Positions 1 through 10,383 of a stretch of 64,000 bases of DNA are shown here, in pieces. The position numbers were made by a program, and so were the translations under genes. Origin of the DNA: Candidatus Marinacidobacterales bacterium (lineage in GTDB: Bacteria; Acidobacteriota; Vicinamibacteria; Marinacidobacterales; SMYC01); the NCBI GenBank assembly GCA_965237955.1, contig OZ250169.1, positions 7,392,001-7,456,000 on the forward strand. The letters are read 5' to 3'. Each line of letters opens with the position of its first letter. Positions within the stretch are counted from its first letter, which is position 1. The notes below the pieces were generated by a model. The model did not search any database, was not told where the DNA came from, and was given only the letters and a program-made list of their open reading frames with translations.

Positions 1-265
1 TCAGGAACTCTGTCGCAGGCAGGCCTGCACTGGGTGTGCCCAATACAGCCATCGAGAACTGGAGAACGGCGTTCTGTGGTACCTTCAGCGGGGACACACA
101 CCTCGATCCGTCAAACGCTGTTCGGGACTTTCCTTCCAACTCCACTTCCATGGAAGGCTGAGAAGGAGCGAGAAGGGAAACAGCGCGCTCTCTCGATGAG
201 TCGCTGCAAGCTGCGCCAAATGCTAGCAGCATCAGGACAAGCGTGCCGATTCGTCTCTCCATCAT
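1..265 (-). CDS. Lipoprotein, 5' part only (runs off window); possibly the N-terminal domain of a sulfatase-like protein
   Basis: Not in the ORF track. Manual translation from ATG 265 gives MMERRIGTLVLMLLAFGAAC-SDSSRERAVSLLAPSQPSMEVELEGKSR..., a hydrophobic leader with lipobox, open to the window edge. Confidence 0.55.
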   Translation of the reverse strand, partial: MMERRIGTLVLMLLAFGAACSDSSRERAVSLLAPSQPSMEVELEGKSRTAFDGSRCVSPLKVPQNAVLQFSMAVLGTPSAGLPATEFL

Positions 266-637
266 TACGTTGCGAGGGCCAGCTGGTGCCGTCGGCACGA
301 TTGACCTGCCGACAAGAATTGTAGCACTTTGAAGTTGGGGACATGGGATCATGGTGACCGCACTGGGCGGGCAAAAGGCACGCCAGAGTGACCCCACGCG
401 GCGGCCAGCGCGGGAGCATCGTGACCGTTGGTTGAAGACTCAGATTCAGCGTGTGCTGTGTGCCGGGGAAGAGCCGCAGGAGGTCGGGACCCAGGTTGAG
501 GCCCAATCCGAGAAAAGTAAGGACATCAAGGGTGTCCAGGTACACCTAGACCAGAACGTGTTAGCCTGCTATATTTCGTGGTCACTCCGGCCTCGATTCT
601 GGCCTCTCGGGTGGCTTCTTTTCCGCTGCCGCACGGC

Positions 638-923
638 TGTGCTCCGCAAAAAGTCGATCCAGTGTTGATTGCGCGGTATAGACTTGCCATGATCGGTGGC
701 TGCTTCGCGCCGGTTGACCCGACGACGGCACCGATGGGTGCTTCCGCGGTCAAATATTGGCGGCCGCCGCGTAACCCGTTCGCATGCTAGAGTTTCAGCC
801 TGATTTCGAGAGGCGCAGTTCTTTCGTCGATTGTGCTCCGCAAAAAGTCGATCCAGCGTTGATTGCGCGGTTTAGACCTGCCATGATCAGCTGCTTCGCG
901 CCGATCAACCCGACAAGGCCACC
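638..923 (+). repeat. Two imperfect ~95-bp direct repeats (638-732, 832-923); third inverted copy at ~32787-32858
   Basis: Both begin TGTGCTCCGCAAAAAGTCGATCCAG(T/C)GTTGATTGCGCGGT(A/T)TAGAC(T/C)TGCCATGATC. Probably IS-end remnants. Confidence 0.75.
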
Positions 924-979
924 TGCGTCTTATGAACGTGGAGAGGCTCCCTCGGGCCAGACGATTGTAAAGCCTACGG

Positions 980-1061
980 CCCTTGGCCCGGTCGCAAACA
1001 CAGACACTAAGCTGCTGATTTATGGTCTATTTCAAAAGGGCCGAGTTTTGGCACAGGACGG
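980..1061 (+). repeat. 82-bp dispersed repeat, probable IS terminus (copy 1 of 3)
   Basis: CCCTTGGCCCGGTCGCAAACAC...GAGTTTTGGCACAGGACGG is nearly identical to 32617-32698; partial inverted copy at 38057-38104. Confidence 0.8.
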
Positions 1062-1079
1062 GAGTGGCGGAATCGGCGG

Positions 1080-1350
1080 TCAGTGTTTTGGAGGAGCGCG
1101 GGAGTTGCCGTTTCGCTTGTCCAAGTGGTCGAGAATTTTTCTAATGATTTTGTGCTCGGTGATAAAGCCGATGACGCGTAGGGTCCCTCCGCACTGACAT
1201 TTCAAAGGGTCAACTTGATAGACGCGTTTGATGAGCTGCGCCCAACTTTTTCTGAGAGCGGCCCGTTTTTTTGGTGAGAGCTCGGGTTCGGCCTTGGATT
1301 TTGAATGGTCGTTGTCACCGAGGGAGTGAAGGGTGATGGCGCGTTTTTTT
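1080..1350 (-). pseudogene. IS91/ISCR-like (rolling-circle) transposase, C-terminal fragment
   Basis: Manual translation: KKRAALRKSWAQLIKRVYQVDPLKCQCGGTLRVIGFITEHKIIRKILDHLDKRNGNSRAPPKH*. Homologous to 23719-23991. Confidence 0.8.
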
Positions 1351-1666
1351 CGTCAGGCACGCGGTTTTCGTGGTGTTTGATCCCCCAGGTGGTCCGGATA
1401 CCCTTGGTGTCCAGCAAATCCTTCAATCCGTACGGAATGCCATGGAGTGGTCCTCGGTAGTGACCGCTAGCGATCTCCTGTTCTGCTTGCCGCGCCTCAC
1501 GGAGGGCGAGCTCTTCGGTCACGGTGATGACCGCCAGCAGATGAGGATCCAACCTCTTGATCCGGTTGAGGTAGAGCTGAGTTAGCTCCACCGGCGACAC
1601 TTTTCCGGATCGGACCTGGCGTGACAGCTCGGTCACACTCAAAAAAGCCACGTCTTCCGGTGCCAT
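1351..1666 (-). pseudogene. Amidase-signature (GatA-like) protein, N-terminal fragment truncated by IS91 remnant
   Basis: RBS AGGAGG; VSPVELTQLYLNRI...RGPLHGIPYGLKDLLDTKGIRTTWG. Homology stops at RVPDE, before the GGSS motif. Confidence 0.8.
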
Positions 1667-1959
1667 GTCCACCTCCTAAAGGGCCACAAGGAATCAGGGA
1701 TAAGCGTCGAGTGTCTGACCTTCCCCAACAAGGTTCGGCTGCTGTATGATGTCCGCCACTAGTTGGGGGGACATGGGATTTCCGGTATACCCCGAATTGT
1801 TTGAGATTACCACCGGAATGTCGACGGCTCCGGCTTCGTCGGAATTGGGTCGGCGCGGCCGGCACTTGCCTGGAGCCTTCTTCTCACATACTATCGGCCG
1901 GCAATGGGGTCGAGCCGGGGACGACTGGCCCGAATCGAACGGTTATCAGGAGTAAAATC

Positions 1960-3168
1960 ATGAAATTCGAGCAAGCTCTTTATCTAACGGCAGCAACTCT
2001 CCTATGCGTAGTGGCCATGGGATGCGCACAGGCGGCGATTCAGGAGACGGCGACTGCCGGGGATGAGGTGACGAGCATACCGCAGTTCAAAGTCGACCCC
2101 TTCTGGCCGAAGCCGTTGCCCAACAACTGGCTTGCGGGAGAGATTGCCGGAATAGCCGTCGACTCGGACGATCACATCTTGGTCCTTCAGCGTCCGGGGA
2201 CCCTGGATGAGGGCGAGCTGGGCGCGGCGCAGTCTCCGCCCATCTCGGTTTGTTGTATGCCGGCTCCCCCGGTTCTGGAGTTCGATGCCGAGGGCAATCT
2301 TCTCGACTCTTGGGGTGGTCCTGGGGAGGGCTACGACTGGCCCGGTATCGAGCACGGACTCGCGATCGACTACAAGGGCAACGTATGGGTCGGCGGGGAA
2401 GGCTCACGCGACCCGGAGACCGGCACAGGCCACAGCCTGCACGGGGACGACGAGCCGATGTGCAAAGACCACCAGGTGCTGAAGTTCAGCCGTGATGGCA
2501 AATTCCTTCTCCAGATCGGAACGTCTGGAAGGACCGGCGGCAGCAACAATACGGAGTTTCTGGGACACCCCGCGGACATGGAAGTCGATCCCGAGACGAA
2601 CGAAGTCTACGTGACCGACGGCTATCTGAACAGGCGCGTGATCGTTTTCGACGCGGATACGGGGGAGTACAAGCGGCACTGGGGAGCCTACGGAAACGTG
2701 CCGGACGATACCGATCTCGGCGCCTACGATCCGAGCGCTCCCCCCTCACAGCAGTTCCGTCCCGTCGTGCACGACGTTCGGATCTCAAACGACGGGCTCG
2801 TATATATCGCGGATCGCGTCAACAACCGTATTCAGATTTTTCAAAAAGACGGCACCTTCGTGAAAGAGGTTATTATCGCCAAGGACACCTTGTACGGACG
2901 CGGATCGGTGTGGGATGTGGATTTTTCACCGGATGACAAGCAGACGTTTCTCTATAACGCCGATGGAGTCAACCAGCGAGTCTGGATCCTGCGACGAGAA
3001 GACCTGGAGATTCTCGGGTCCTTCGGCCGCACCGGCCGGAACGCCGGTCAATTCCATTGGGTGCACAAGTTAGCAGTGGACTCACAAGGCAACATCTACA
3101 CCGGCGAGGTGAACCAGGGACGGCGCCTCCAGAAGTTCGTTTTACAGAACAAAGCGGCGACCGACTAG
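1960..3168 (+). CDS. Secreted NHL-repeat beta-propeller protein (peptidyl-alpha-hydroxyglycine lyase-like), probable lipoprotein
   Basis: RBS AGGAG and ATG 1960; leader ending AMGC; NHL motifs (GIAVDSDDHI, EVYVTDGYLNRRVIVFD, VYIADRVNNRIQIF, LAVDSQGNIYTGEV). Confidence 0.85.
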   Translation: MKFEQALYLTAATLLCVVAMGCAQAAIQETATAGDEVTSIPQFKVDPFWPKPLPNNWLAGEIAGIAVDSDDHILVLQRPGTLDEGELGAAQSPPISVCCMPAPPVLEFDAEGNLLDSWGGPGEGYDWPGIEHGLAIDYKGNVWVGGEGSRDPETGTGHSLHGDDEPMCKDHQVLKFSRDGKFLLQIGTSGRTGGSNNTEFLGHPADMEVDPETNEVYVTDGYLNRRVIVFDADTGEYKRHWGAYGNVPDDTDLGAYDPSAPPSQQFRPVVHDVRISNDGLVYIADRVNNRIQIFQKDGTFVKEVIIAKDTLYGRGSVWDVDFSPDDKQTFLYNADGVNQRVWILRREDLEILGSFGRTGRNAGQFHWVHKLAVDSQGNIYTGEVNQGRRLQKFVLQNKAATD

Positions 3169-3297
3169 TCCCCTGGATCTTTGATTACTATACAAAGTTA
3201 GGCTTTTCGCCAGCCCATAAGATTCATAAGATTCATGCACTTAGAAGGGTTTCGGCAAGCTCTGCTTTATCTAGTTTGTTCTGATACAGGGGACTAG
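3165..3297. mobile_element. 133-bp MITE family A (IS630-related ends), copy 1
   Basis: CTAGTCCCCTG...CAGGGGACTAG termini; near-identical inverted copy at 22961-23093. One end matches the IS630 end at 19463 (CTAGTCCCCCGGATCTTTAATTACT). Confidence 0.85.
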
Positions 3298-3598
3298 TGG
3301 TTTGACGATCTGAAATCGCCACCAGCAAGGTCTGTCGTTGTGAGTGCCCATCTCCTTGTGCTATCATGCCTGTGGTACCGGTGGACGCAATCTCGCGCTG
3401 GCAGGTAAGGCCGATAAGAGACAGGTGACAAGGAGACCAGAGATGTCGATGTACCAGCGCCGTCGTTTGTGGTCAACAGCTGGCGAGCCTGGGAATCAGG
3501 CCGTTGGCATCGTCCCTCGAAACCATGGTACGGCTTGCAGCCGGAGTGCAGTACCCCACGAAGATCACCCCCACCCTCAAGATGGGAGGACTCCGACC

Positions 3599-5341
3599 AT
3601 GACCCAGCTCGCCGCCCTTCTGCTCCTCGTCCTGCTCGCTCTCGTTGTCCCCCTGCCCGTCCATGCCCAGTGCCCCCCCGGCACGGTGGCCGCGCCGGCG
3701 AGCTTCGAAACCATCATCCAGCCCGCCCTGGCCGTAGACACCAATCCGTCGGCGGACGTGGTGGAAGTCTTCCTCACCGCTCGCGAAGCCATGGTGGACT
3801 ACGGCACCGGCAACCAGACCCTGGTGTGGACCTACAACGGCGTCGTGCCGGGGCCAACGATCGAGGCCGAGGTGGGCAACACCCTGATCGTGAACTTCTG
3901 CAACAACCTGCCGGACGAGACGACCATCCACTGGCATGGCATCGAGACCCCGGCGAACATGGATGGCTCCAACATCTCCCAGCTCAGCGTGCCCCCCGGC
4001 GGCACCTTCCGCTACGAGCTTCCGCTGCTGGTAGCGGGGACCTTCTGGTACCACCCGCACATCCGAACCGACAGCCAGGTCGAGCGCGGGCTCCACGCCC
4101 TTCTGATCGTCCGCGATCCGGTCGAGGACACGGCGCTCGGGCTGCCGACGAGAGAGCACCTCTTCGTGCTCGACGACACGTTGCTCGACGCCTCCGGCCA
4201 GGTGGTCCCGCCCCGCACCAGCGGCGGCGACAGGGCGACGGTGGCCCTCGAGATTCTCAACGGCCGGGAGGGTAGCATCCCCCTGTTGAACGGGGTTTCC
4301 AGGCCGCTCCTCACCATGGAGAGTGGAGTGCCCCACCGCATCCGCATCCTCAACGCCGCCAACTCGCGCATCATGCGCATGGGCTTCGTCGACCACATGA
4401 TGTGGCGCATCGGCGGCGACCAGGGCCTGCTCGAGCGACCGATCGAGATCCAGCCACCGCTCTCCGACAGCCCAACGGGTGCGCCGTCGGGCGAGCCCGG
4501 ATTCTCCGACCCCAACCCCAGCACGGGCCTCTTCATCACCCCGGGCGAGCGGGCCGACGTGGTCTTCGTGCCCACCGGCTCGGGCTCCATCTCGTTCCTG
4601 TGGCACGACACCCGGCGCGGCCGCCACTCCGTCTCGTTCGCCTCCGACGGCGTCTGCCCCGAGGGAGGCAGACTTTGCCGTGAGGGCGTGTCCCTGGCCC
4701 ACAACCTGCCCGACGGCACCCTGCCCTGGCTCGTCTACGCCCAGATCGACCTCTTCGGCGCGAACGCTACCACCTATACCCCGCCAGCGGAACTCCGAAC
4801 CATCCAGCGCATCGACACGACCGGCGCGACGGCGCTGCCGCTGATCCTGGGTCACACCTTTCCCAACTTCAACAGCGGCGAGCTGGCCGCCTTCATCCAG
4901 GGTCCCGGCAAACCCTTCGCACTCGTGACGCCCGAGGACGCCCACAAAGTAAGGGCCGGTGGCACCTACGTGTGGGAGGTCAGGAACCTCACCGACGGAC
5001 TCCACAACTTCCACCTCCACGGCTGGAGCTTCCAGAAGATCGAGACCGAGTGGGTGGATTTGGACGATCCCGGGAACCCCGTGAAAAACTTCGTGGTGCC
5101 GGCCCGCTTCCTGGAGAACAAGGACACCCAGCTCCTGCCAGGGCGCTTAGGCACCGTCATTGGCCGGAGCTGGACTACCTCGCGCTTCGCCGTCACCTTC
5201 GTCGACACCGGCCGCCCGGGTCAGGTGGAGGCGGCGGGCAAAGCGCCCACGGCCCAGCGCTCCGGCGGCTGGCTCATCCACTGCCACATCCTGGAGCACT
5301 CCGCCGCCGGCATGATGAGCTTTTTCGAGGTCTCCAACTAA
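3599..5341 (+). CDS. Secreted multicopper oxidase
   Basis: RBS GGAGG, Sec signal (VHA-Q) and all four Cu motifs: IHWHG, WYHPH, HNFHLHG, HCHILEHSAAGMM. Confidence 0.92.
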   Translation: MTQLAALLLLVLLALVVPLPVHAQCPPGTVAAPASFETIIQPALAVDTNPSADVVEVFLTAREAMVDYGTGNQTLVWTYNGVVPGPTIEAEVGNTLIVNFCNNLPDETTIHWHGIETPANMDGSNISQLSVPPGGTFRYELPLLVAGTFWYHPHIRTDSQVERGLHALLIVRDPVEDTALGLPTREHLFVLDDTLLDASGQVVPPRTSGGDRATVALEILNGREGSIPLLNGVSRPLLTMESGVPHRIRILNAANSRIMRMGFVDHMMWRIGGDQGLLERPIEIQPPLSDSPTGAPSGEPGFSDPNPSTGLFITPGERADVVFVPTGSGSISFLWHDTRRGRHSVSFASDGVCPEGGRLCREGVSLAHNLPDGTLPWLVYAQIDLFGANATTYTPPAELRTIQRIDTTGATALPLILGHTFPNFNSGELAAFIQGPGKPFALVTPEDAHKVRAGGTYVWEVRNLTDGLHNFHLHGWSFQKIETEWVDLDDPGNPVKNFVVPARFLENKDTQLLPGRLGTVIGRSWTTSRFAVTFVDTGRPGQVEAAGKAPTAQRSGGWLIHCHILEHSAAGMMSFFEVSN

Positions 5342-5489
5342 GGACTCGAAGACGTAGTACATTCCGGTAGCGGCCTCGTAGTACAGGCCTCCCATCGCAC
5401 CGGGCAGGGTTACCTGGTGGTAGTCGACGACGTTTGAAGAAGGACTGCGGTGACAAAAGCATCGACGGCGTTTCCTGACGATCCCATCC

Positions 5490-6605
5490 TTAGTAGCGAT
5501 CGAAGTAGCTCTGGATCGCGACCGGATCCTGTGTCTTCAGCAGCGCAAGCTTGAGAAGTACACGTGCCTTGGGAGCGTTGAGATCGCCGGAGGCTACGGT
5601 CCCGACCTCGTCGTCATTGACCTCTCCGTTGCGTCCCACCATCCCGCTCGGCACCCTGGTGGAGCGAACCACGACCACGCCCTTCTCGATCGCTCGCTTG
5701 ACGGCCTCGAGCGCCGGGCCAGTCATATTGCCGTTGCCCACGCCGGCCATGACCAGGCCATTCGCGCCATTGGCTACCGCGCTGTCGATGAGATCCGGCG
5801 ACACGTCGGCATTGATGTAGATGATGTCGACCCTGGGAAGAGACCTCACTCCTTGAATCGAGAACTCACTCTTCGCCGTATGGGTTCGATACGGCTTGCG
5901 GAAGTACCGACTGACGCCGTAGAGCGATACGCCGATTTGGCCGCGCTCCGGTGACTGGAACGTCTGCACGTCGGTCGTGCTTGTCTTTGTGATACCCCGC
6001 GCACCGTGGATGTCGTCATTGGCCACGATCAGCACACCGCGGCCCTTCGCCTCCGGGTCGGCCGCTACGGCAACCGCGTTGAAGATGTTCAGAGGGCCGT
6101 CCGCTGACAGCGCGGTGGACGGTCGCATCGACGCGGTCAAGACTACCGGCTTGTCACTCCTCACCACCAGATTCAGAAAGTAGCCGGTCTCTTCGATGGT
6201 GTCGGTGCCATGTGTGATTACGACGCCATCGACCCCGGGGGACGCCACGAGCTCGCTGACCCTCGTCGCGAGCTCGAGCCAGATTGCGTCGGACATGTCC
6301 TGGCTGCCCACGTTTGCGACCTGCTCTCCGCTGACGTCTGCCAGTTCCCTGATCTGTGGCACCGCCTCGAGCAGGACGTCGACACCGACCTGCCCTGACG
6401 AATATCCGGCCTGGGTCTGGGTTTCAGCGGACCCCGCGATGGTGCCACCGGTTGCCAGGATGACGACGTTCGGCTTGGCCGGATCGTCGCCGGCTTGGGC
6501 GCCTAGGGCGATCAAAATGGCCACAGCCGCGCTCACAACGATCACGATCTTGTGGGTATTCACGGTGTTTCGGTGCTCTGAGCCATGAGAAATGTTACCA
6601 CGCAA
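5490..6605 (-). CDS. ansB: Type II (periplasmic) L-asparaginase
   Basis: ILATGGTIAG and VVITHGTDTIEET catalytic motifs, SADGPLN, GVGNGN; signal peptide. True start is probably GTG 6563. Confidence 0.92.
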   Translation of the reverse strand: MRGNISHGSEHRNTVNTHKIVIVVSAAVAILIALGAQAGDDPAKPNVVILATGGTIAGSAETQTQAGYSSGQVGVDVLLEAVPQIRELADVSGEQVANVGSQDMSDAIWLELATRVSELVASPGVDGVVITHGTDTIEETGYFLNLVVRSDKPVVLTASMRPSTALSADGPLNIFNAVAVAADPEAKGRGVLIVANDDIHGARGITKTSTTDVQTFQSPERGQIGVSLYGVSRYFRKPYRTHTAKSEFSIQGVRSLPRVDIIYINADVSPDLIDSAVANGANGLVMAGVGNGNMTGPALEAVKRAIEKGVVVVRSTRVPSGMVGRNGEVNDDEVGTVASGDLNAPKARVLLKLALLKTQDPVAIQSYFDRY

Positions 6606-7147
6606 CGAACCAGGCTATCCGTCTGGGACGCCACGCGTATCGGCTCTGTTCTCTTGGCCGCATGCTTGCCAATCCGGAGACCTAGCACTTGGCGCTGAGC
6701 TCGTCGTTGACGGCTGCGGGGCGATTGTTTCGGGCATGTTTTCTTCGTCGTCGCGCGTAGTGGCCGTAGTAGAAGATCGAATGTTGATCGGTCTTCCGGA
6801 GTACATAGCCGTGAAGGTCACGCCGCCCTATGAGGCGCCTGAGGGACCAAAGCCGCCATCCACGAGCGCGCCCGAATCACCGACACCGCCGAGTATAAGC
6901 ACCGAGCTCTTCGCGCCGGCGGAGGTCGCTAATACGATTACCGAGCCGCCGGAGTTCCATGGTGGCGGTCTCGGCGTCGACGGCGGGATACCGTTCTCCG
7001 ACATCATGTCGCTCGACACGCTTCAGCCAAGGCTACCGCCGGTTGAATCATCGGCACCCGTCGTCATCGGCGGTGAGCTGAAGCCGCCGCGAAAGATCCA
7101 CGGCGTGACCCCGATCTACCCCGCCATCGCCAGGCAGGCCCGCAAGG
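6592..7147 (+). pseudogene. Energy-transducer TonB family protein, 5' part (interrupted by IS21)
   Basis: Pro-rich segment then PVVIGGELKPPRKIHGVTPIYPAIARQARK; continues after the IS at 10092. Start uncertain. Confidence 0.75.
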
Positions 7148-7367
7148 TGCGTATTCCGGGGCATCGTGAACGCAGATTCCAGCCGAAGGTGAACATCCAT
7201 TCCAAAGCATCGTGAACACGGATTCCGGGGATCGTGAACATCGATTCCGGGGAAGGTGAACACGGATTCCAGGCAACGTGAACGCCGGTTCCGGCATCGC
7301 GAACGCTCATCGATAGCACGTTTCAAGGCAACTCTAGGTCGTACCCGGAAGGAGGACGATCTAGGAA

Positions 7368-8925
7368 ATGGCAGCTAAGAGGTTATCGATGAGAAAAATA
7401 CGAGAGGTTCTAAGGTTAAAGTACGAGCTGGGTTTTACTCACCGCATGATCGCAAAGGCACTTCGCGTGGCGGTTGGAACGGTGAGTGAGTACCTGGCCA
7501 AGGCGAAGAAGGGTGGTCTGAGCTGGCCGCTCCCGGAGGAGCTGAGCGAAGGGGAGCTGGAGGCAGGGCTGTTTCCGCCGCCGGGCTCGTCTGGCGCACG
7601 GCCGGGTCTGGACTATGCCCACATCCACGAGGAGCTGAGGCGTCACCGAGAGCTGACGTTGCTGCAGCTGTGGGTGGAGTACGCGGAGAATAAGCCGGGA
7701 GCGTACGGCTACAGCCGTTATTGCGAGCTGTACGGTCAGTGGAAGAAGAAGCTGAACCCGACGATGCGTCAACGGCATCGAGCAGGCGAGAAGACATTCG
7801 TCGATTTTTCGGGGAAGAAGCCTCACATCGTCGATCCGAAAACGGGAGAGCTCGTCGAAATGGAGCTGTTCGTCGGGACGTTGGGCGCGAGCAGTTACAC
7901 CTACGTCGAAGCGACACTGAACCAGTCGCTGGAATCGTGGGCTGAAGGCCCATAAGGGGATGTCGGATTACTTCGGTGGCAGTACGGAGATCTGGGTTCC
8001 GGACAACTTGAAGAGCGGCGTGGATTTGGTGGACCGTTACGAGCCAGGGATCAACCGGACGTACGAAGAGCTGGCGACGCATTACGGTGCGGTTGTGGTC
8101 CCGGCTCGGGTGTTCAAGCCGAAAGACAAAGCGAAGGTGGAGTCGGCAGTGCAGGTGGCGCAGCGCTGGATCCTGGCGGTGCTTCGTCATCGCACGTTCT
8201 TCAGCCTGGCGGAACTGAACGAAGCCATCTGGGAGAAGTTAGAGGTCCTGAATGCGCGTCCGATGCAGAAGCTCGGTGTGAGTCGGCGGGAGTTGTACGA
8301 AAGGCTAGACCGGCCCGTACTGAAACCGCTACCGCAGGAGAGCTACGAGTTATCGACGTGGAAGCGGTGCAGAGTGAACATCGACTACCACGTGGAGGTG
8401 GAGAACAACTTGTACAGCGTTCCCTATCAGCTCATTCACGAGAAAGTCGAGGCACGGGTGACGGCCTCGGTGGTGGAGGTCCTGTTCAAGGGAAAGCGCG
8501 TCGCGTCGCATCCCCGCAAGAAAGGAAAGGGGCACTACTCCACGAACCCGGAGCATATGCCACGTTCGCATCGGGAGCACCTGGAGTGGACGCCGTCGCG
8601 GCTGCTCCACTGGGCGGAGCAGTCAGGTCGCGCCACGGGAAGGCTGGTTGCGGGGATTCTAGAGAGTCGGCCTCACCCGGAGCAGGGATTTCGCTCTTGC
8701 CTGGGAGTCATGCGACTAGGCAGCCGCTGGGGCAGTGAGCGTCTCGAGGCCGCTTGCGCACGAGCGGAAGCTTTGAGCTCTTACAGCTATCGCACGGTGA
8801 AAAACATTCTCTCGGCTGGTCTGGATCGTGTGGTGCTCGAATCGGACGCCGAAGCGAAACCGCGAGAGGAGCACGAGAACATCCGAGGCGCGGATCACTA
8901 CGAAGGAGGAGAGTCCCGATGCTGA
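7368..8925 (+). pseudogene. istA: IS21 transposase IstA, split by a +1 frameshift near 7940
   Basis: ORFs 7368-7955 (MRKIREVLRL, AGEKTFVDFSG) and 7960-8925 (VPDNLKSGV, PKDKAKVESAV). Removing one G in TCGTGGGCTG restores SWLKAHKGM. Confidence 0.85.
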
Positions 8926-9677
8926 CACCCGAAACGATAGAAAAGATGAACGCCATGAAGTTGTTCGGCTTGGTGTCCGCGTTCGAAACCCAGTTGAGCT
9001 CGAGCGAATACAAGGAGCTGAGCTTCGAGGAACGTGTGGGACTCCTGGTCGATGCCGAGTGGACCGCCCGCGAACAGCGTAAGCTTTCTCGACGACTGCG
9101 AGCGGCAAAGCTCCGCTATCCGGCATGTTTGGAGAACGTGAACTTCCAAGCGCCTCGAGGCTTAAACCGCGAACAGATCTTGAGCCTGGGCAACTGCCGC
9201 TTTGTCGGTGAGCGCCATAACCTGCTCATCACCAGCCCGACGGGGATTGGCAAATCGTTCTTGGCTTGCGCCTTCGTGGAGCGGGCCTGTCGTCGCGGCT
9301 TCACCGGATGCTACGTGCGAGCACCGCGCTTGCTCCACGAGCTCGCGGTCGCTCGTGGTGATGGTTCCTACGCCCGGCTTTTGACGAAACTCGCCAAGCT
9401 GGACTTACTGGCTATCGATGATTGGCTGCTTCACCCGCTGAAAGAATCGGAGAGACGGGATCTAATGGAGGTCATCGAAGACCGCGCCGAGCGTGGCTCC
9501 ACACTCATCGCGACCCAGATTCCGCTCAAGCAGTGGCACGAAGCGATTGGCGACCCAAACCAGGCAGACGCTATCTGCGATCGCATTCTCCACAGCGCGC
9601 ACCGCATCACTCTCAAAGGAGCTTCTCTGAGAAAGACCAAGGCTGCGCCAAAGGCATTTGACAACGCCGATGCATGA
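8919..9677 (+). CDS. istB: IS21 helper ATPase IstB
   Basis: LSFEERVGLLVDAE; Walker A-like SPTGIGKS (first Gly replaced by Ser); Walker B LLAIDD; ADAICDRILH. Confidence 0.9.
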   Translation: MLTPETIEKMNAMKLFGLVSAFETQLSSSEYKELSFEERVGLLVDAEWTAREQRKLSRRLRAAKLRYPACLENVNFQAPRGLNREQILSLGNCRFVGERHNLLITSPTGIGKSFLACAFVERACRRGFTGCYVRAPRLLHELAVARGDGSYARLLTKLAKLDLLAIDDWLLHPLKESERRDLMEVIEDRAERGSTLIATQIPLKQWHEAIGDPNQADAICDRILHSAHRITLKGASLRKTKAAPKAFDNADA

Positions 9678-10091
9678 GCGAGCGAGGGACCACAGCGTCG
9701 ATGCGATAAAAACGGGTGAAACCGCCAAACCCGGGGTACCAGACGATGCGGCGCCAAAACGACGCGCGAGAATGCCTCAGGAAGCGTCTTCTCGAGCCAG
9801 GCCATACCCCAGCAACCCCCCGAAACCAGCCCCACATCGCCCGGGGTTCGGCCGCGGCAGGTCGCTGCCTACGGGAGCGGGAAGGTCGCTTCGCATCTTT
9901 CCTTACGCCCGCTCCCTCCGGCACCGACCTGCCGCCCCTTGCTACACAACACGCAGGTAAGATAGGTTCACGTTTTCAATCAGTGGGAAGGAGGTCACCC
10001 AACACTTCATCGCTTCGATGAGCGTTCGGCTTCACCGGATTCGCTGTTCAGCTTGCTCTGGATTCGGCGTTCACGATGGCTGGAATACGCA

Positions 10092-10291
10092 GCAAGGAAG
10101 GCATCGTCACGCTACGCGCGATCATCGACGCCCAAGGCAATGTCGTGAACCTCTCAGTCGTGAAGTCGGTGGCTCTTCTCGACGAGGCCGCGATGAACGC
10201 CGTCAGCCAGTGGAAGTACGAGCCGACGCTACTCAACGGGCAGGCCGTTCCGATAGTGATGACGGTGCGAATTGGCTTCAAGTTGAGCTGA
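10092..10291 (+). pseudogene. TonB C-terminal domain, 3' part of the interrupted gene
   Basis: EGIVTLRAIIDAQGNV...LLDEAAMNAVSQWKYEPTLLNGQAVPIVMTVRIGFKLS; in frame with the 5' part once the IS and one TSD copy are removed. Confidence 0.85.
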
Positions 10292-10383
10292 TGATTTAGC
10301 CTCTCACCATGGTTGTCGTTTAAGATAGACCGCTTTTTCGCTAGGATGGCAATGTCAAAAAAGGTCAGCCAACATATCTTGAA

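Larger units (their letters stand above)
7148..10091 (+). mobile_element. IS21-family element A, copy 1, with 6-bp target duplication GCAAGG
   Basis: Ends TGCGTATTCC.../...GGAATACGCA; GCAAGG at 7142-7147 and 10092-10097; several subterminal GTGAACAC-like repeats; istA and istB. Confidence 0.93.

Noticed and set aside
545-570. GTTAG near short repeats as a possible integron attC site
   Set aside because: No matching inverse core or hairpin and no integron integrase.
3473-5020. Long antisense ORFs (515 aa here; also 21061-22770, 40250-41467, 47331-48545, 50468-51568)
   Set aside because: Shadow frames of well-supported high-GC genes on the opposite strand, with no motifs of their own.
7148-7310. 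Tandem ~21-bp GTGAACACGGATTCC-like repeats (also 32240-32401) resembling a CRISPR or iteron array
   Set aside because: No unique spacers and no cas genes; they are the subterminal repeats of the IS21 end.
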